The notes beneath the pieces are model-generated. The model did no database searches. It saw only the letters and a program-made list of their open reading frames with translations, and was not told where the DNA came from. DNA of 64,000 nt. Source: Hydrolagus affinis (Eukaryota). The first letter of the stretch is position 1, and each line of letters opens with the position of its first letter. Positions 45,001 through 60,000 of the stretch are shown in pieces. The position numbers were made by a program, and so were the translations under genes. The stretch is from assembly GCA_012026655.1 (NCBI GenBank), contig JAAILG010001591.1, positions 1 to 64,000 on the forward strand. The letters are read 5' to 3'.

Positions 45001-48000
45001 CTCTGAGCCATTCCACCATATTTTCTTCAATCTCACTATCTGCTGATATATCCAGGATCAGACGTCTTGTTAAGTGAGCTTTATGGTATCTCATAAAGAC
45101 ATCTTTGTTCTGCACATACTTAAGTACAAGTAACTGTTAAAAAGCAAAGAACAATAAGAAATTTAGTTTTTTTTTGACAAATATCAAATCTCGAGTCAGC
45201 CATAAACAAATGCCAACATGTCCAAAACAATTAAGTAAACTTTTTTTTCTTATTGCAACTTAGCCTCCTTTATACTACCTGCCCAGGCCTCTTTGTGATT
45301 GGGAGGAGGGTCCCAATCACTACCAACTGCCTGGCAGCTCCTCTTCACTTTGCCCCACTTTCTCCTCAGTAGCTCTATACAGTACTTGGCATTCTCAGAT
45401 CAGAACCATGTGGCAATTTAACCTGAGTTAATACCCACTCTGTGCTTTTGAGAATTGGTGTTGTGATACTTTTGAGCCATTAGGCTGCTGGCCAGGAGCT
45501 AAACAAAATGTTCAATTTGTGGTAAGAAGGGAATATTGATTGTGATGATGTATGTGGATGAAACAGTTCTTAGTTACTCTGCATACAGCGTTTTCTAAAG
45601 CTTGATGAGTTGCTGCATCATGCAGAGTATAGAAAGAAACCAGATACCGGTTATGATTAGTCAACATAATGTAGCTGCACAGACCAACACTTATTTACAT
45701 AAGACTACCAATAGATGGGGTCAGAAGTGATTTGTGGATAGACTCAGTCTTGCGAAGCACTCCAAGATTTTATACTACCTGAAGCGCACTATATAAATGC
45801 AAGTTCTTGTCACAGAGAAATTTCAGTGCACATCACAATGCACATCAAATTCTGAGGTATTGGGTTGATTAATAATTAATCCAGTGATTAATAAAAATAT
45901 TGAAGTGGACCATGTGTATTGTTCCATTACTGAAGTTTATTGTTCCTTATGAAGAAGTGTGGCCAAATTAGAGATTTAACAGCTGAAATAATGCAATATG
46001 ATTTCCGTACTGAAGTCATGCACTATAAAAGAAAACTCAACCTTTTAGCAATTTGCAGACAATTTTAAATTCTGTGAAAAGCTGAAGCGGTCAGACAAAA
46101 GTAACTCAGCGACAACTCAGGAATCAACTTACATTCCATCATATACACACACAAACACACATATTATATATATATTAAAAATATATTTACTTACCACTTC
46201 CTTTAACTTTGCTTCAATTTCTTCTGAAGCAAGTTTCTTACTAAGTGGTGTTTTTCTTAGCAACATGTCACAGTAATTTGCTAGTAGTTCTGGGCACTTC
46301 GATTCAGGCTGAGTTTTCAATCCCACTCTAGAACAGCAAACGTAAATTCCAAATCACAGCGGTTGTTTGAACAATACAACAACAACTTGGATTTATATAG
46401 CGCCCTCCACGCCTGACGGCGTCTCAGAACGCTTAACCACTTTACTCGCATCAAAGGAGTGGAGTAAGATTTAAATTTACATAAAGCAATTCGCAAACTG
46501 CATGATGTAATAATATCTTAACCTCTTTAATAGGATTCCTTCTCTCTCCCCCTCCTCCCCAATTACATATATTTCCCCAGACTTTTGAAAATATCCTGAT
46601 TAAGACAGCCATTAGGTATTAGACAGTGCAAGGATTATAAAATGCAACAACAAATTTACACTTGTATAACACCTTTCACGTCAAATGCAAATGCTCGGAC
46701 TATTATTGTACAATGGCTCAGGATGATTCACAGAATCATTTTTACTCTGAAAGAAAATAATTTCTACCAGATGCTGGAGGCAATACAGAAACAGGAGTAG
46801 TAGGCGTTTCAGGCAACTGAGCATGTTCCACTCGTTCATTCGATCACTGCAGATCTTTTAATCTTATTTCCAAATCTTTACTCCAATTCCCTTAAGTTAA
46901 TGCCCTTACTTTCCAAGTATTTCTGTCTTTTAATTAATTCTGTCTCTAATACCTTCATGGGCAGTGCATCTCACTTTACTACAACATGAAGAAATACCAT
47001 TAACCATCATAAATTATGTACACAAATAATCATGTTATCACCAACAAATAAAGATCTTACCCTTTTTGCTTCAATGGCAGTTCAAGTTTAAATATGGTAG
47101 CATCATTCACAACTGCCTTATATGCCTGTTTTGGAAGACAATTTTTCCCATCAAAACACATACTAAGTAATGGTGGCAAGTTATGCAAGTTGGAATAAAT
47201 GCAATTTAGGTAAATGATTTGCCCACAAAATAGTTAATCCACTTTACATTATATTCTGTGAAGTGCCTTTTGAGACATCGCAACAACTTGATCAAGCACA
47301 ATATCAAATGCAATGATTATTATTATTTGAAAAATAGAGCTTTTAAAAGACATAGGAATCTGTTTCTGCATTATTTGAAGAAGAATAAATTACCTGTTAT
47401 ATGATCAGAGATTTGTTTGCAAGCCAGTAACCGCATTATAATATTCAGAAAATCCAAGGTAAATACATTTATTTTTAACTGTCACCTGCAAAGGTTAGAA
47501 AATATTTATTTCAAATTTATTTTAATGTCCAATTAAAAAAAACTTACTTTGTCTCTAGCAGTAAGGAAGCGAGGGTCGTCCTGAAATGCTTCTTTGACCA
47601 GTTTACTAAATCGATTAAATAATGTAAGCAATTGCTCTACATATTTTTCAGAATCCTATAACAAAAAAAATGCAGTTTATCATCCAAAGTAACCCATTAT
47701 AATACAGAACCACTGTGACTTGACAAGCTAAGCATTAGCTGATAACTGTGATAAATGTTCTCTAGCCCCCACCTCCCACCAAGTTTACATTACTGAACTT
47801 GTCAGGATTGGTAGGATTCCCAATTGCGGCAAGTAGAGACAACCCTCTAGAGAGCCTACATATTGCAAGGCAGAGACCATGGAGACCATGGAGCTCGTAG
47901 GATCAACTAGAATTCAGGGTATATCTTTTGAAAGATTTTGAAGGGAGAGAAAAATGACTGTGGAAGTTGCTATAATGCTGGCGTAGGAACTAATTTCATG

Positions 48001-51000
48001 GTCGACACAACTAATATTTCACAAGGTTTGAAAATCAAAGATAATATGATTACGTAAGAGTTGCAAGACTGCCAAGATCTAAATTTATGCTCACTTAAAG
48101 AGCAACATGCCTACATATGAGTTATGGATAATTATGGACACTGCTGTGCACAATTGGCTGCCGTGTTTTGGCCACACATATACAGTCAATTCACATTACA
48201 GTATCTTCTGAGAAGTGCTTTGAAACGTCTAGAAGACATGAAAAGCGATATATCAAATGCAAGGATTATTATTATTATTATTTGTATGCCAGCTTCACTG
48301 GTGAGGTCTTTTAGAAGTGAAACAGGGCGATTGAAAAAAAATGCTCCACTGAAAAGTTCTTCCTGTGCCAAATAGTTCCTGACCGATAAATCCTAATATA
48401 ATAGTGAACAAGAATAAAAACAAAATGACATTTGCAGGGTGTCTTTCATGTCGAGAGGACATCTTAAGGCGCTAGAAAGGCAGTATTTTAGATCCAAGCT
48501 GGGGGTCAGGATTGGGGAGGGGGGAGGGCAGGTGGGATGGTGTTCTGGAAGTGGGAGCAGAGTGGCTGAAAGCCTGCCTGTCAATGAGGTGGGGGACGCG
48601 AAGCAGGCCAGAGTCCGCTGAGTGAAGGGAGTGGACTGGTTGGTAGATGGTTAGGAGGTTGCAGGGGAGGGTGAGGTCATGGAGGGCTTTGAAGGTAAGA
48701 ACCAGGATCTTGAACTGTATCCTTTGTGAGATGGGAAGCCAGTGGAGTCAGGCAAGCATGGAGCCGAGTGCAGGAGAGGACACGGGCTGCAGAGTACTGG
48801 ATGATCTACCACCTCTGGAAGGAGGAGAGGGAGGCTGACAAGGAAGAAGTTTGCATAGGGACATGCAAACTCATGTAAACAATAATAAATTGGTCATTTC
48901 AATCCACAACTGCTTGCGGGACACTGCTGTGCGCAATTGACTGCTGCATCTTAATATAAGGCAGCATGTCAGTTTCCAGCATTAATTGTCAAAATTCGAT
49001 AGTTCTTTCCAATTCCCTCCAAATCAATGAAAATTAATTTTTCAACAGGCTGTTGAAGCATTGTTGATACAGAGAGATACAGAGACAGAGTATAAAAGTA
49101 AACAGATATTACAACTAACTTTATGCAAATCATTCATTATGCTGAAGCATTATGTCAGATTTTGAGCATCTCACTTCAGAAAAGATTTTAAGGCCTCAGA
49201 GAGGTCTCAGAGCAGGTTAACGAGAATGATGGGCTTACAGTTATTAGGAGATATTGGAGAAGCTGGTTGTGTTTTGAATCAGAGAAAGGGAGAAGGTCCA
49301 GGACACTACCTAGCATGAGGGGTGCTATAAATCTTAGTTATTTTTTTGTTGTTCAGGATGACCTGTTAGGACTAAAATGATGAGGTGTTTTGTTACGATA
49401 AGTAGGGATAACTTATTTCCATTGATAGAGAGGTTTATCACTCAGGGGCATTTTAAGATAGCTACAAGCACTGTAAAAGGAGAAACTCAGGAGTATTTTT
49501 TTCACCCAGAGATTTTTAGGGGTGAAACACTATCTCGGATGAGAGAGGTCGAGTCTATTGTGACTTTCATGAATGAAGTAAATAGGCCTGTGAAAGAGAA
49601 GAGCTTGAGAGGATCTAGGGATCAGGTGGGGTGGTAAGACTGAATTGATTTCCTTACTTTTTGAGCCAGTACAAACTCGATGGACCAAATAGCCTCCTTC
49701 TGCGCTGTAGATTTCTAGGTTTCAGGTTTAAAACTCGCAAAATATCTAATTTCTGGGTCACAGATCGCTATAAAGGTCACTTCCGGCAGGCCACACATGC
49801 ACATTACACACCGGCAGAATCGCTATCATCAGGAAGGGAAGAATATAATGTTTTAGGCTTTGCTGCCTGTTGAGCATGTGCACACAAGTGACATCTGTGG
49901 TGACCTTATGGCTCAGACGGTGGTTGTTTTGGAAGTCAAAAACCTCAATAAAAATCAGAAAAACATCCGGAAAAAAAATCAAGTTAAACAATAATTTTTT
50001 TTTAAAAAGTCAAAAATGAGTGAGCAAGTCTTCATAACACCTTCAACATTCTTGTTGAATGAACAAGAATATATTTTCCTTTTTGCGCAACTAAATTTCA
50101 ACCAAAATTTCAACTTCTACATTTATTTACTTACAGTAGTTATAGTTTCTGCAGCTGCTACCATATCTGCTAAACCAGCACTGATGATGTGCTCTTCCAA
50201 ATCTTTTAACATTGGTTCAATCCCATTAGGAACTTTATCCATCAGTGTAAACATTAAGTGTAATTCTGCACAAGTCAATAAAAAAAGTAAAGTTATTACA
50301 AAGTGACAGACAGCGTAAAAATTGCACAACAGGTAGGAAATCACAAGCACTTTATGATCAATATAATTTTTTGTCAACTCTTAAATTTGGATTAATAAGT
50401 AAGACTAAAGTATTCCAGCTCATATATAGTCCCAAAAGGTCAGCAAATCATACAATATCAATCAATTCAGCAATGCTTGAAAACTGAAAATCTAAGGACC
50501 AATGTTTTGTATTAAATCAATAAATATGAACTCATATTCTAAACCATTTATAAAAACACAAAATACTGCAAATGCTGGAAATCTGAAACAAAAACAGAAA
50601 TCACTGGGAACACTCAGCAGGACAGGCAGCATCTATGAAGAAAGGTAAAGTGAGTCAACATTTCGGATCTACGACCCTTCATAAAAACTCATCAAACGTA
50701 ACAAATCTTAAATCGTGAATTAAAACAGCAATTAAAATCGTTTTACATTTGGCTTAATTTATTTTACATAAAAGCAATCATCTATTTTCGTTTCAAAAGT
50801 ATTTAGATTTTTAAAAATTTGACAAATTTCAAATTCCTAACAAATCAACCAACCAACCAACTACAGTACATAGTACAGTACATTGAAGTATTTATGAATT
50901 TATTCTTTAATTGTTTAGTTTACTTTACGGCTACAGACAATAGCCATGTGCTGATCTATCAGTTGACCTTCTTCAAAGATTCCTACTGGACTTGTATGTG

Positions 51001-54000
51001 TATAAAAGATTGCACAAGTGTGTGTGTGTGTGCATGGGCGTACATACATTTGTGTGCGTGCAAGGGGGTGTCTATTCACATGTGTGGATGTATATATGTA
51101 AGTATGGATGTATAGACAAGATTAGACTCAGATGTGATGCCTCCTTCATGCTCACTCTGACTATCTATGCTCACATAACAATCCCCACTCAGGTAGGATA
51201 TCAGTCTGCAATTGACTCCTGTGGACCCCTGTGTATGTCAGTTTCCTCAGGAAAGAAAATTTCACTGGTTAAAAAAAACTCCTAAACAGAACTAGTATCA
51301 TGTATCATGTCACAACATCTGATAACAATAACTTTAGAAGACTAGTCTGGCCAATTTGTCCATTCGTTTAAGTGTGGTAATACAGTATGTACAATCAGGA
51401 AATATACAAAGTGGAAAAGTGAACTTGTTAAATAAATCTAGTTTTAAGCTGAAAGAGACTTAAATCTGTAGGATACACAGAAATATTATAATTTTACTCA
51501 CTATCCGTCTCATTTCGCTTGATCATGCCTGGGCATTCAGCTAGAATGGTTTCCTTAAACGATGTCACCAGAGCATTCACACAGCATTCCATTAGCTGAA
51601 ATGGAAAGACCTGTACAGTGAGCAGGGATCTTACCAGGGTTTAGGTGAACAGTACTTTATTAGTCAAGACTGAATGATGCTACTTATACAATAATCTTGG
51701 GAGTTTTGAGCGATATCACACAAAAAAGTTAAAAATGACGTCGATCAGACAAGATGCTGGCTCCGTGAGGATGTCGCCACAGGATTGCCAAAACAGGGGG
51801 AAACAAACTATGTTTGCAATCCAAATGAGCGGAACAACAGAGCGCAACTGGAGCAGTGTGGAGAGGCTGCAACTGCGCAGGGAACCTGTAGCTTTCAGGC
51901 TCGTCTGGAGCAGGGCTCGACCATGGGGTACCGGGGCTGTCTGTGATGTGTGGGAGCCGAGGGGGTTGTGTGGGGACTGAATGGAACCAGTGGCCTTGGC
52001 TGGTACAGACACCAATGCAGCCATTTCAGAAGCGAGTCTTCACTGCTGTGCGCAGTTGGCTGCCACGTTTCGCCCACAAATATAGAGTCAATTCATTTAC
52101 AGTATATTCTGTGAAGTGCTTTGAGACATCTAGAAGACGTGAAAAGCGCTATATAAAATGCAATGATTATTATTATAAAAATGACTGAAAGTGCAGTCAT
52201 AAAGATGGATCCTATGGCTTCTGGGGAAGGGGGGTGGGGGGGTTGGAAACTGTAGGAATACTTCCTGGTTGCCAGGAGTATTCCATTCCACAAGATCTCC
52301 TTCCTCACAGAATTTATACTCCATGTAGACACTTATTAAGATATATTATGCTAGGAGTATTATTATGTATTATTAGAAATAGCAAATGTGTTTGCAAACT
52401 GGTTAACCAAAATTACCCAAATCAGAAACAGTGCAAAACTGCCTGCTTGTGCATGGCTGGAAAGGAAATGACAAAATAAGGCACTGGTATTCACTGGTCT
52501 CATGTCGGGTATGTAAAAGGAAAAGTACTGGGAAAGGAATGAAAACAAACTATGTTTGGCCTCAAGTTGTTTGTCCCAAAATAACTAGTGCTTGGGAAGA
52601 GAGACCACACTTGATATTGCTTAATCTCTCTCTGCACTAATGTAAAGACCACAATTCCCAAAGGACAACCCAATAACTGGAGTGGTGCTGTAAAGTGTTT
52701 AACTTAAGACAGGATTGGTAGGTCAATGATGTGGTTATTACACAATATCTTTTGAACTTTGCAGGTATTCTTCCAGGATCCTTTGCAATCCTATATGTTC
52801 ATCAATTTTGTTTTTAAAACCTAAAACCCCATAAAATATAGTAATTAATAACTGGATATTGTACAATGGCAGAAGTATGTGAGAAGGTTGTAAGTCCAAG
52901 AGAACATATTGGAAGGGCAAGCAAATCAATGAACAATTGTCAAATCTTCAAAGATATACTTACAGCCTGAACAGAGTTACATTCTCGCCTGGTTTCTAAA
53001 TAGCGAAGCGCCCTCTTCTCCTCCTCTTTTAATTTAGCATCTGCCTGTTGGGAGGGATTCCACTTGCATTCAATATAGTTCATAAAAATCCTTACATTGG
53101 ATACAAACGATAGATCATAAATTGCTTTAACACATTATTTATTGTGCAAAAATAAGGCATTTGGAGATGAAGACCATCATACTGTTCCACCTGGGTCCAG
53201 ACTTAACGTATTTATGTAGCATATCAATTTAAACTTTGAATCCTGTTTTTAAACCAAGTATAAACAGGGGTATGTGGAAAGGCCACGCAAAAAGGTAGCT
53301 CAAAAGAGCCAGCACAGATATGATGGTCTGACTGGCTTTCTTCTGTGCTCTAAATTTCTACTGTTCTAAATGACAGAAAAACTACCGTCAAAATTGAAGT
53401 CTGCATTTAAGAATTTGACCAATTCTGGATGCTCTGAAATGCTATGTTGATAGACTAACTCTGGACCCAGGTGGAATTTCTACCCATATATTTGCAATTC
53501 AACTTTCAGGCGTGTACACAGTTTTATATAATAATCACAATATATTAAAACGAAAGCATTGCAACATTATTTTAAGGCATTTTCTGATAGATTATTGTTA
53601 CAATGGGAAAATGGCCATTTCATATACTTCTTAAAATATGCAACTTACATATTTCATGTAATTTTGTACACCATTTTGCTGCAAGTAAGATGGTGCTTGT
53701 GTTCTGTAAAACCTCTCTGTTGAATCCAAATAAGCCTTTTCAAAATTATCACGATAAATCTGAAGCTTGTCCTCTGGATTGGAACACAGATTAACTGCAA
53801 ATAAAAGAAATAAAAAGACGTAGACTGATGAGATTGCTTTGTATTTAGCATTGAGCTATTCAGTAACTAAAATCGCAGTAATTTACAAAGCCTTGTTCTA
53901 TGTTAGCTTGACTACAAACTAATTTTTAATTCACGTGGCACACTTCACTGAATGCATCAATAACCTATCTGCAGCTTTTTAAACTAGTGGTAATCTTGAT

Positions 54001-57000
54001 GTTTGTAGTTTTGCTACGGTTCAAACACTTGGATTCCCCATCAACCTTATTGTGGTTCCATTCATGTTTTCTTACATTATACAGAACTTTACAAAGGTTA
54101 AGATAAAGACTACAGAAATTCTTGACTTTTAAGAAAATAATGAATCTTGCGCAAAGTTAAATTGTGCAGTTCAATCGTAATTATGTCAGCTGTTACAAAC
54201 AGCCTGCTGTAACTGAGTATAAAATATTTATTTCACATTATATACACACACACAAATGCGATAAACAAAGTGCTGCTCCGTGTGTTTTAATATCTACCTT
54301 ACAATAGACTGGATAACATGTAGAGAATACACCCATCTTTGGGTTTGTGAGCAATCTATTAATATTATTTAACTGCTGTTAAGCAGAACATAGTACTGCA
54401 TCTAGAAACCTGCATCATCAGTGAAAATACATTTGTTTTCAAAAAGATAAAATATTGCATTGTAATTTCTACTAAAACGCTTAAGTTGATTGCAGATTCC
54501 TAACGACTCCAGGATCCTGATTCAAATACCGATTCTACATATTATATAAACACATATACAATACATAGTTAATAGTTATAGTTCCAGTATAATTTGTGGG
54601 ATATTGTGTGTGTAAATTGGCTGTCGTGTTTGCCTGCAAAATCCAGTCACTTTGCAGTTAACCTGTGAAGCACTTTGAGACGATCGCCTAATTTGAATGG
54701 CTCTAGAAGAAATACAGTAAAAGCCCGTTTATCTGGGGGGTCGACTGATTGACTGTGCCGGATAATTGGACGGCAAGTTGCCGAAAACACAACACAAAAA
54801 AATTACTTATTTTAAAACATATTATATTAACAATACGTTAAATAGTAACAGAATATTGTATGGATACTTACCAATAAAGCATTCCAGCACACGGTAAAAT
54901 GATCGGTAAAACAGCATTTCTTAACTGATCGGTAAAAACTCAAGTTTGTAAGTTTAATAAGTGTGCATGCTTACGCATTGCACGCATGCGCAAAGTGAGC
55001 ATACTCGCGATTGCTGGAATGGGGAATTCCCCTGGGAAACGGTCGAGCAATCTGGTTGATTGGGTCACGGATAAACGAGCTTTTACTGTACAAAGATTAT
55101 TATTATAGTTTGAGGTGCCTGCAAATTGATCAGCAGCTGAAAGCCTTTCGGCCACTGACCTACCTTGTCTTCAAGTGCTGAGCAACTTGCTCTGAATGTC
55201 CAGTTTGTCTTACCTTGTCAGCGCCTTGGGAAGTCCTCCTGACGTGAAATGCTCGCTATAAATGTAATTTTGTTTGTTGTTGTTGTACCTTTACCGTTAT
55301 GTGATCCAAGTTTAAGAGGATTTTCTTCAAACAAGTTTTTGAACAGAAATAGTTCCATAATTTGTAAATGATCATAAAATATATTTATGTATAGCCTCAG
55401 GAAAAGCACATCTCATGACATTGCATGGTATGAAACCAAAGCCTATGTAATTATCACTTATCTCTCGATACCACATTAATGATTCTATATACAATAAGAA
55501 TTATTATGATGATGATTAAGATTTGTTCAATCAGGTCATAAGTAAGTTTTTTTCAGAATGCAAGCTTCAGCAAAGGTAGAGTACCTTATGTGCAACAATA
55601 ACCTTACCATACGATTCTCTAACTCCAATTACTAGCTGTGAGTCAAAGGCTTCTCCTAGTCTTTCGGCATGAACTAGCTTCATTGCACTATCTTGCAGAC
55701 GATTCTTAATATTTGAGAAGATGGACTCATTCCAGGTGTCTAGCATAAGCTGAAAAATTTAAAGAATAATATTATTCTAAACCTTCAGACAATATCATAG
55801 ACAACAGATTACAAACCAACTAAGAAACTCTATTTTCAGCTTTACAGACTGCACCTTTTATTCGGTCATGGGTGTCTGACACCAGCAGAAATCCATTGTT
55901 AAAGAGTATCCACACCAGACAGATTTCCACATATCAAACAAAAGTACATATAATTATCACTGTAGGCATTACAGGCATGGAGATTTCCATGCAGTTGGAA
56001 ATGCAAACTCTCCCAAAACAGATACACCCTAATTATCTCATTCTGCAAACTATTAGGTTCAGGTTGCAAGAGTCTAGGCTTAGGGATGCAAAAGTGTGGG
56101 TTAGGTATTGCTGGAATTTAATTAACTAAAACTGCATAATTTGCCATTGCGAGGATCGTTTGGCAAGCTTCACGTTGCTTGTCCAGCTAGGACCACCATG
56201 CCCATTAAGACTTGGGTTTGCAGAGTTAACAGGGTGGGAAGAATCCCTATCCCTGGTGCCCCTCTGAGTCCTACCAAGACTCACTGGCCCATCTGCCAAC
56301 GATGATGCCTTGTGGACCCACCTGGCATAAACCAGGCCATTGAGACTACTTTAGAATAAATGTTAACATTCCTTTGTCAAGCACGTCGCCTTGGAGCCAG
56401 TTCAGGTACAAGAAATGCTAATCACCTCCCTCCTGCAGCATGTTCCCAGAACTGGACATCATTCTGTTTCATTCAAATTATATTATAGATTATTGCTAAT
56501 TTTTACTGAAGTAATCCATTCAGTGTTTTATATAGAATTAGCAGCTGTTAGTTGTTGATTTTATAAGATTCTAGTACCACTAGTTTTTTTTAAAAAAATA
56601 TACTTTTACTGTGAGTTTAGTTTTAGTTGTGTTTGGAAAATTCTTTTTACAAAAATGACAAGGCAAACAAATCTGGATTGATAATAGCTATTAAGCATTT
56701 TGTTTAAAACAAAACAATTCTTTGTTTTTGGTGAATTTAATCCATCAAAAACCTGGTCTCCATAAAGATAATTTAAATTCCATTAAATATTTTGCCACAC
56801 AAAAAGATAATAGATTAGAGTTAACTTTTCTAATGATCATTTGAAGAAACATAGAAAAAAAATTATTTCTCGTTTTGGAACAGTACAATTACTATACCTT
56901 TCTCACAATACTATCCTCTACATTGGATTTTTTATTGCTGCCCTGTTTGCCCATTAATGTAATCTCTAGCTGGCAGAAGGGTTTGGGCAAGATATCACAC

Positions 57001-60000
57001 TGTGTGAAGAATTTCCGCCACTCTGCAATGTAAGCCTTCAGTAACGCAGTATCATCTTGGTGACTCAACACCCTCTGCAAAACAAAACATTACGTTGATC
57101 AAACCAAACTGAAATATTTTATAAGGCACTGAAAATCGTAGTGTGAATGCTGAGCTTCACAAGAGAAATAAATGGTCCATTTCACCTTGATCCGAAATAA
57201 AACAAGTTGATCTAAATCCTTCAGACAATTTTGAATAGTGAATTCATATTTAACATTGTGTACTCTTAAAGATTACTGAGCAGATAACTGTAAGCATAAG
57301 TATTCCACATTCTTTGAGCAGTTTATCTGTAGGCTCAGTCTCTCAGGACCAAAGCACCTTTAATTCAGTACAAATTGAATATCACTCAAATATGACACCA
57401 AAAATGTATTATAGGGAGTTAGGAATCATTTTTGTTGTGATTGGATTTGAGGCACATTGTCAGGCAGAGCAGAAGCAGTTGTACACTGCCTATAGCTGTG
57501 CTGTAGCTGACCTCACAGTGCCTGATGATACTGCCGGACACCTGAAATACGAAAAAGATAAATTTCAGGAAAATGTTCAATTTACAAGTACTAATATCTT
57601 CCATCATGATGAACCATCCCAGGTAGTTCAGTCCGGAACGTGCTTGGGAACATAAGATTTCCCAAACTCAGTGAGTCCCTTAGTCCTTCATCCTTTCAAG
57701 ATTGATAAAATGAATACAGGTATCCCCAGATTTACGACAGGGTTGCGTTCCTGAAAAATTTCACGCAAATCAAAACACGGTTTCCCATGCGGTCCCACGA
57801 AATACACTCTGCATGCGCAAAACAGATGCACCAAATTTTTTTGTCGTTAAAACCAAACCATATTGTATATCAAATAAAAGGTGTTAAAAAATTATGTTTG
57901 TTAAATAGAAAACATGTAAATAGAAACGTCATTAATCCGGGGATTCCTGTACCAAGATTCAAAAGAAACAACCACCTATCCTGTATCAATCTGCTCCTGC
58001 ATTCAATCAAATTTTAATGCATCTCTCACAACTCACAGTTGTCCCATCTGCCATACGTAGTGGAAAGTTAGTTATAGTGATGGGATCACTAAAAGTTTTT
58101 TCCTGCTAAATATTAAGATGCATCTGATTCAGATGTATTCATTTCATGTGTGAACCCAATTACAATTTGGAAGAAGTGGACAAACACTGCCAATTAAGTT
58201 AACACTCCCTGTAACGTTGTCATGTATACTTGGCTATTGCTGCAGACGAGGAGACTTCCTTAGGAAAGCAGGATTGATATTGTCGCAATGGGGTATGACC
58301 TCAACTATCAAAGCCCAAGATTACATTTGTAGAGTGTGTTTGATGGCGGGAGGACGACCCAAAGTGCTGACCAGTCAGGGGTCAGGACCCAAGCATGGGG
58401 GCAGTGGGCAGGCTTAGGAAGAGGGAGGGCAGAGAGATAGGAGGGCGACCAAAGGCACAGTTGAAGAGGAAAGTCTTGAGACTGGTCCTGAAGGAGGCAA
58501 GCGAGGAAGCAAGGTGAAGGGATTGTGGGATGAAATTCCAAAGCATGGGGGTAGAGAGGTTGAAAACCCAGCCAACAATGGTAGGACAGGAGACATGGAG
58601 CAGGCTGGAGCCTGCTGAACAGAGGGAGAAGACAGGTTGACGGGGGGAATCAGTAGGTCAGAGAGGTAGGAGAGGGTAAGGCCATGGAGGGCCTTGAAAG
58701 TGAGAACAAGGATCTTGAACTCTATCCTCTGGGAATGGGGAGCCAGTGGAGCCAGGTGGGGGTGATGGGGTAGCGGAGCCTGGTGTGGAGCTGCAGAGTT
58801 TTGGATGATCTGCAGCTTGTGGAGGGAAGAGTTGGGGAGGCCGACAAGGAGGGAGTAGCCATATTCGAGCCTTGAGGTCACAAACATGTATAAGGGATTT
58901 AGCGGCCTGAGGGGTGAGGCAGTGACAGAGATGGGCGATGTTACGGAGGTGGTGGAAGGCGGTGCTGGTCATGGCACATATATGGGGGAGAAAGGACAGC
59001 TCACGGTCAAACAAAACACCCAAAAGGCATTTTAAAAGCTGCTTCCACATCCGAATCAGAGGGTAGGAGTGAGGAGTATGATAACAAGTGGAATTTTTTA
59101 TCCTTATTATCCTGCAGTTTAGAAAATATAGGACATCTTAAATTAGTTGGTAAAAGCCAAAATACCATACAGAGTTCAAGTGTACATTTGTTAAAATTGG
59201 GGTTTATTCTTGAAGCCTAACATAGAATAAATTATTCTAACTTTTTTTTAGTGTAAATATAGAATCTGAAAACAAGAAACCTATCAATGTAATAACACTA
59301 GAATGTTTCTGCCCTCATTTCTAGTCTAATTATTACTCTTGCATCTTTAATTAGGCATCATTATAGCAAGACACGCAGCAAAACTAAGCCAATAAATATT
59401 ACAGCCATTAACACGTGTAGTTAATACGCATGAAAAATGCTTTAAATATAGATGGGACTTACAGCTTGAGCTTGTTTAATAAAATCAAGAATATCTTCTT
59501 TCAGCGCCTGATGGATTTTTGCTGGGCCCTTATCATCCCACAAACAAACAGCGTGAACATCCCTTTGAAAGGAAAAAAAAGCTTTTAATGATTGCCTAAA
59601 CAACAGAATGCTCTGCACGTGCCAGAGGTGTCAACATCAGTGCAAATCGATTAGAACACTTGTACATCGTAATGACTTTTTAAAGAAAATCAGGCATTTC
59701 AAGTTTAATTCATATTTGAATTTGTAACTGACAAGTATACACAATGCTGATAGAATATACTGATATAGCTCTCTCGATTCTCATGTAAGGTAAAGACACC
59801 TCTCAATTAGTGTAAAATGTTGAAATTTACAGCACAGAAAGCCATTCAGCCCATTGTGTATAGACTTCAGTCTGTTGCAACTGCATTTTCAAATCCCCTT
59901 GGGCCTCTCTGCACTTTACCTTTGTAGTCCCGGTTACTCCCCCAACTTTACCTCCTCCTTTCCCACCTTAAACACCTATTGTTTGAATTGTACTTTTGAC

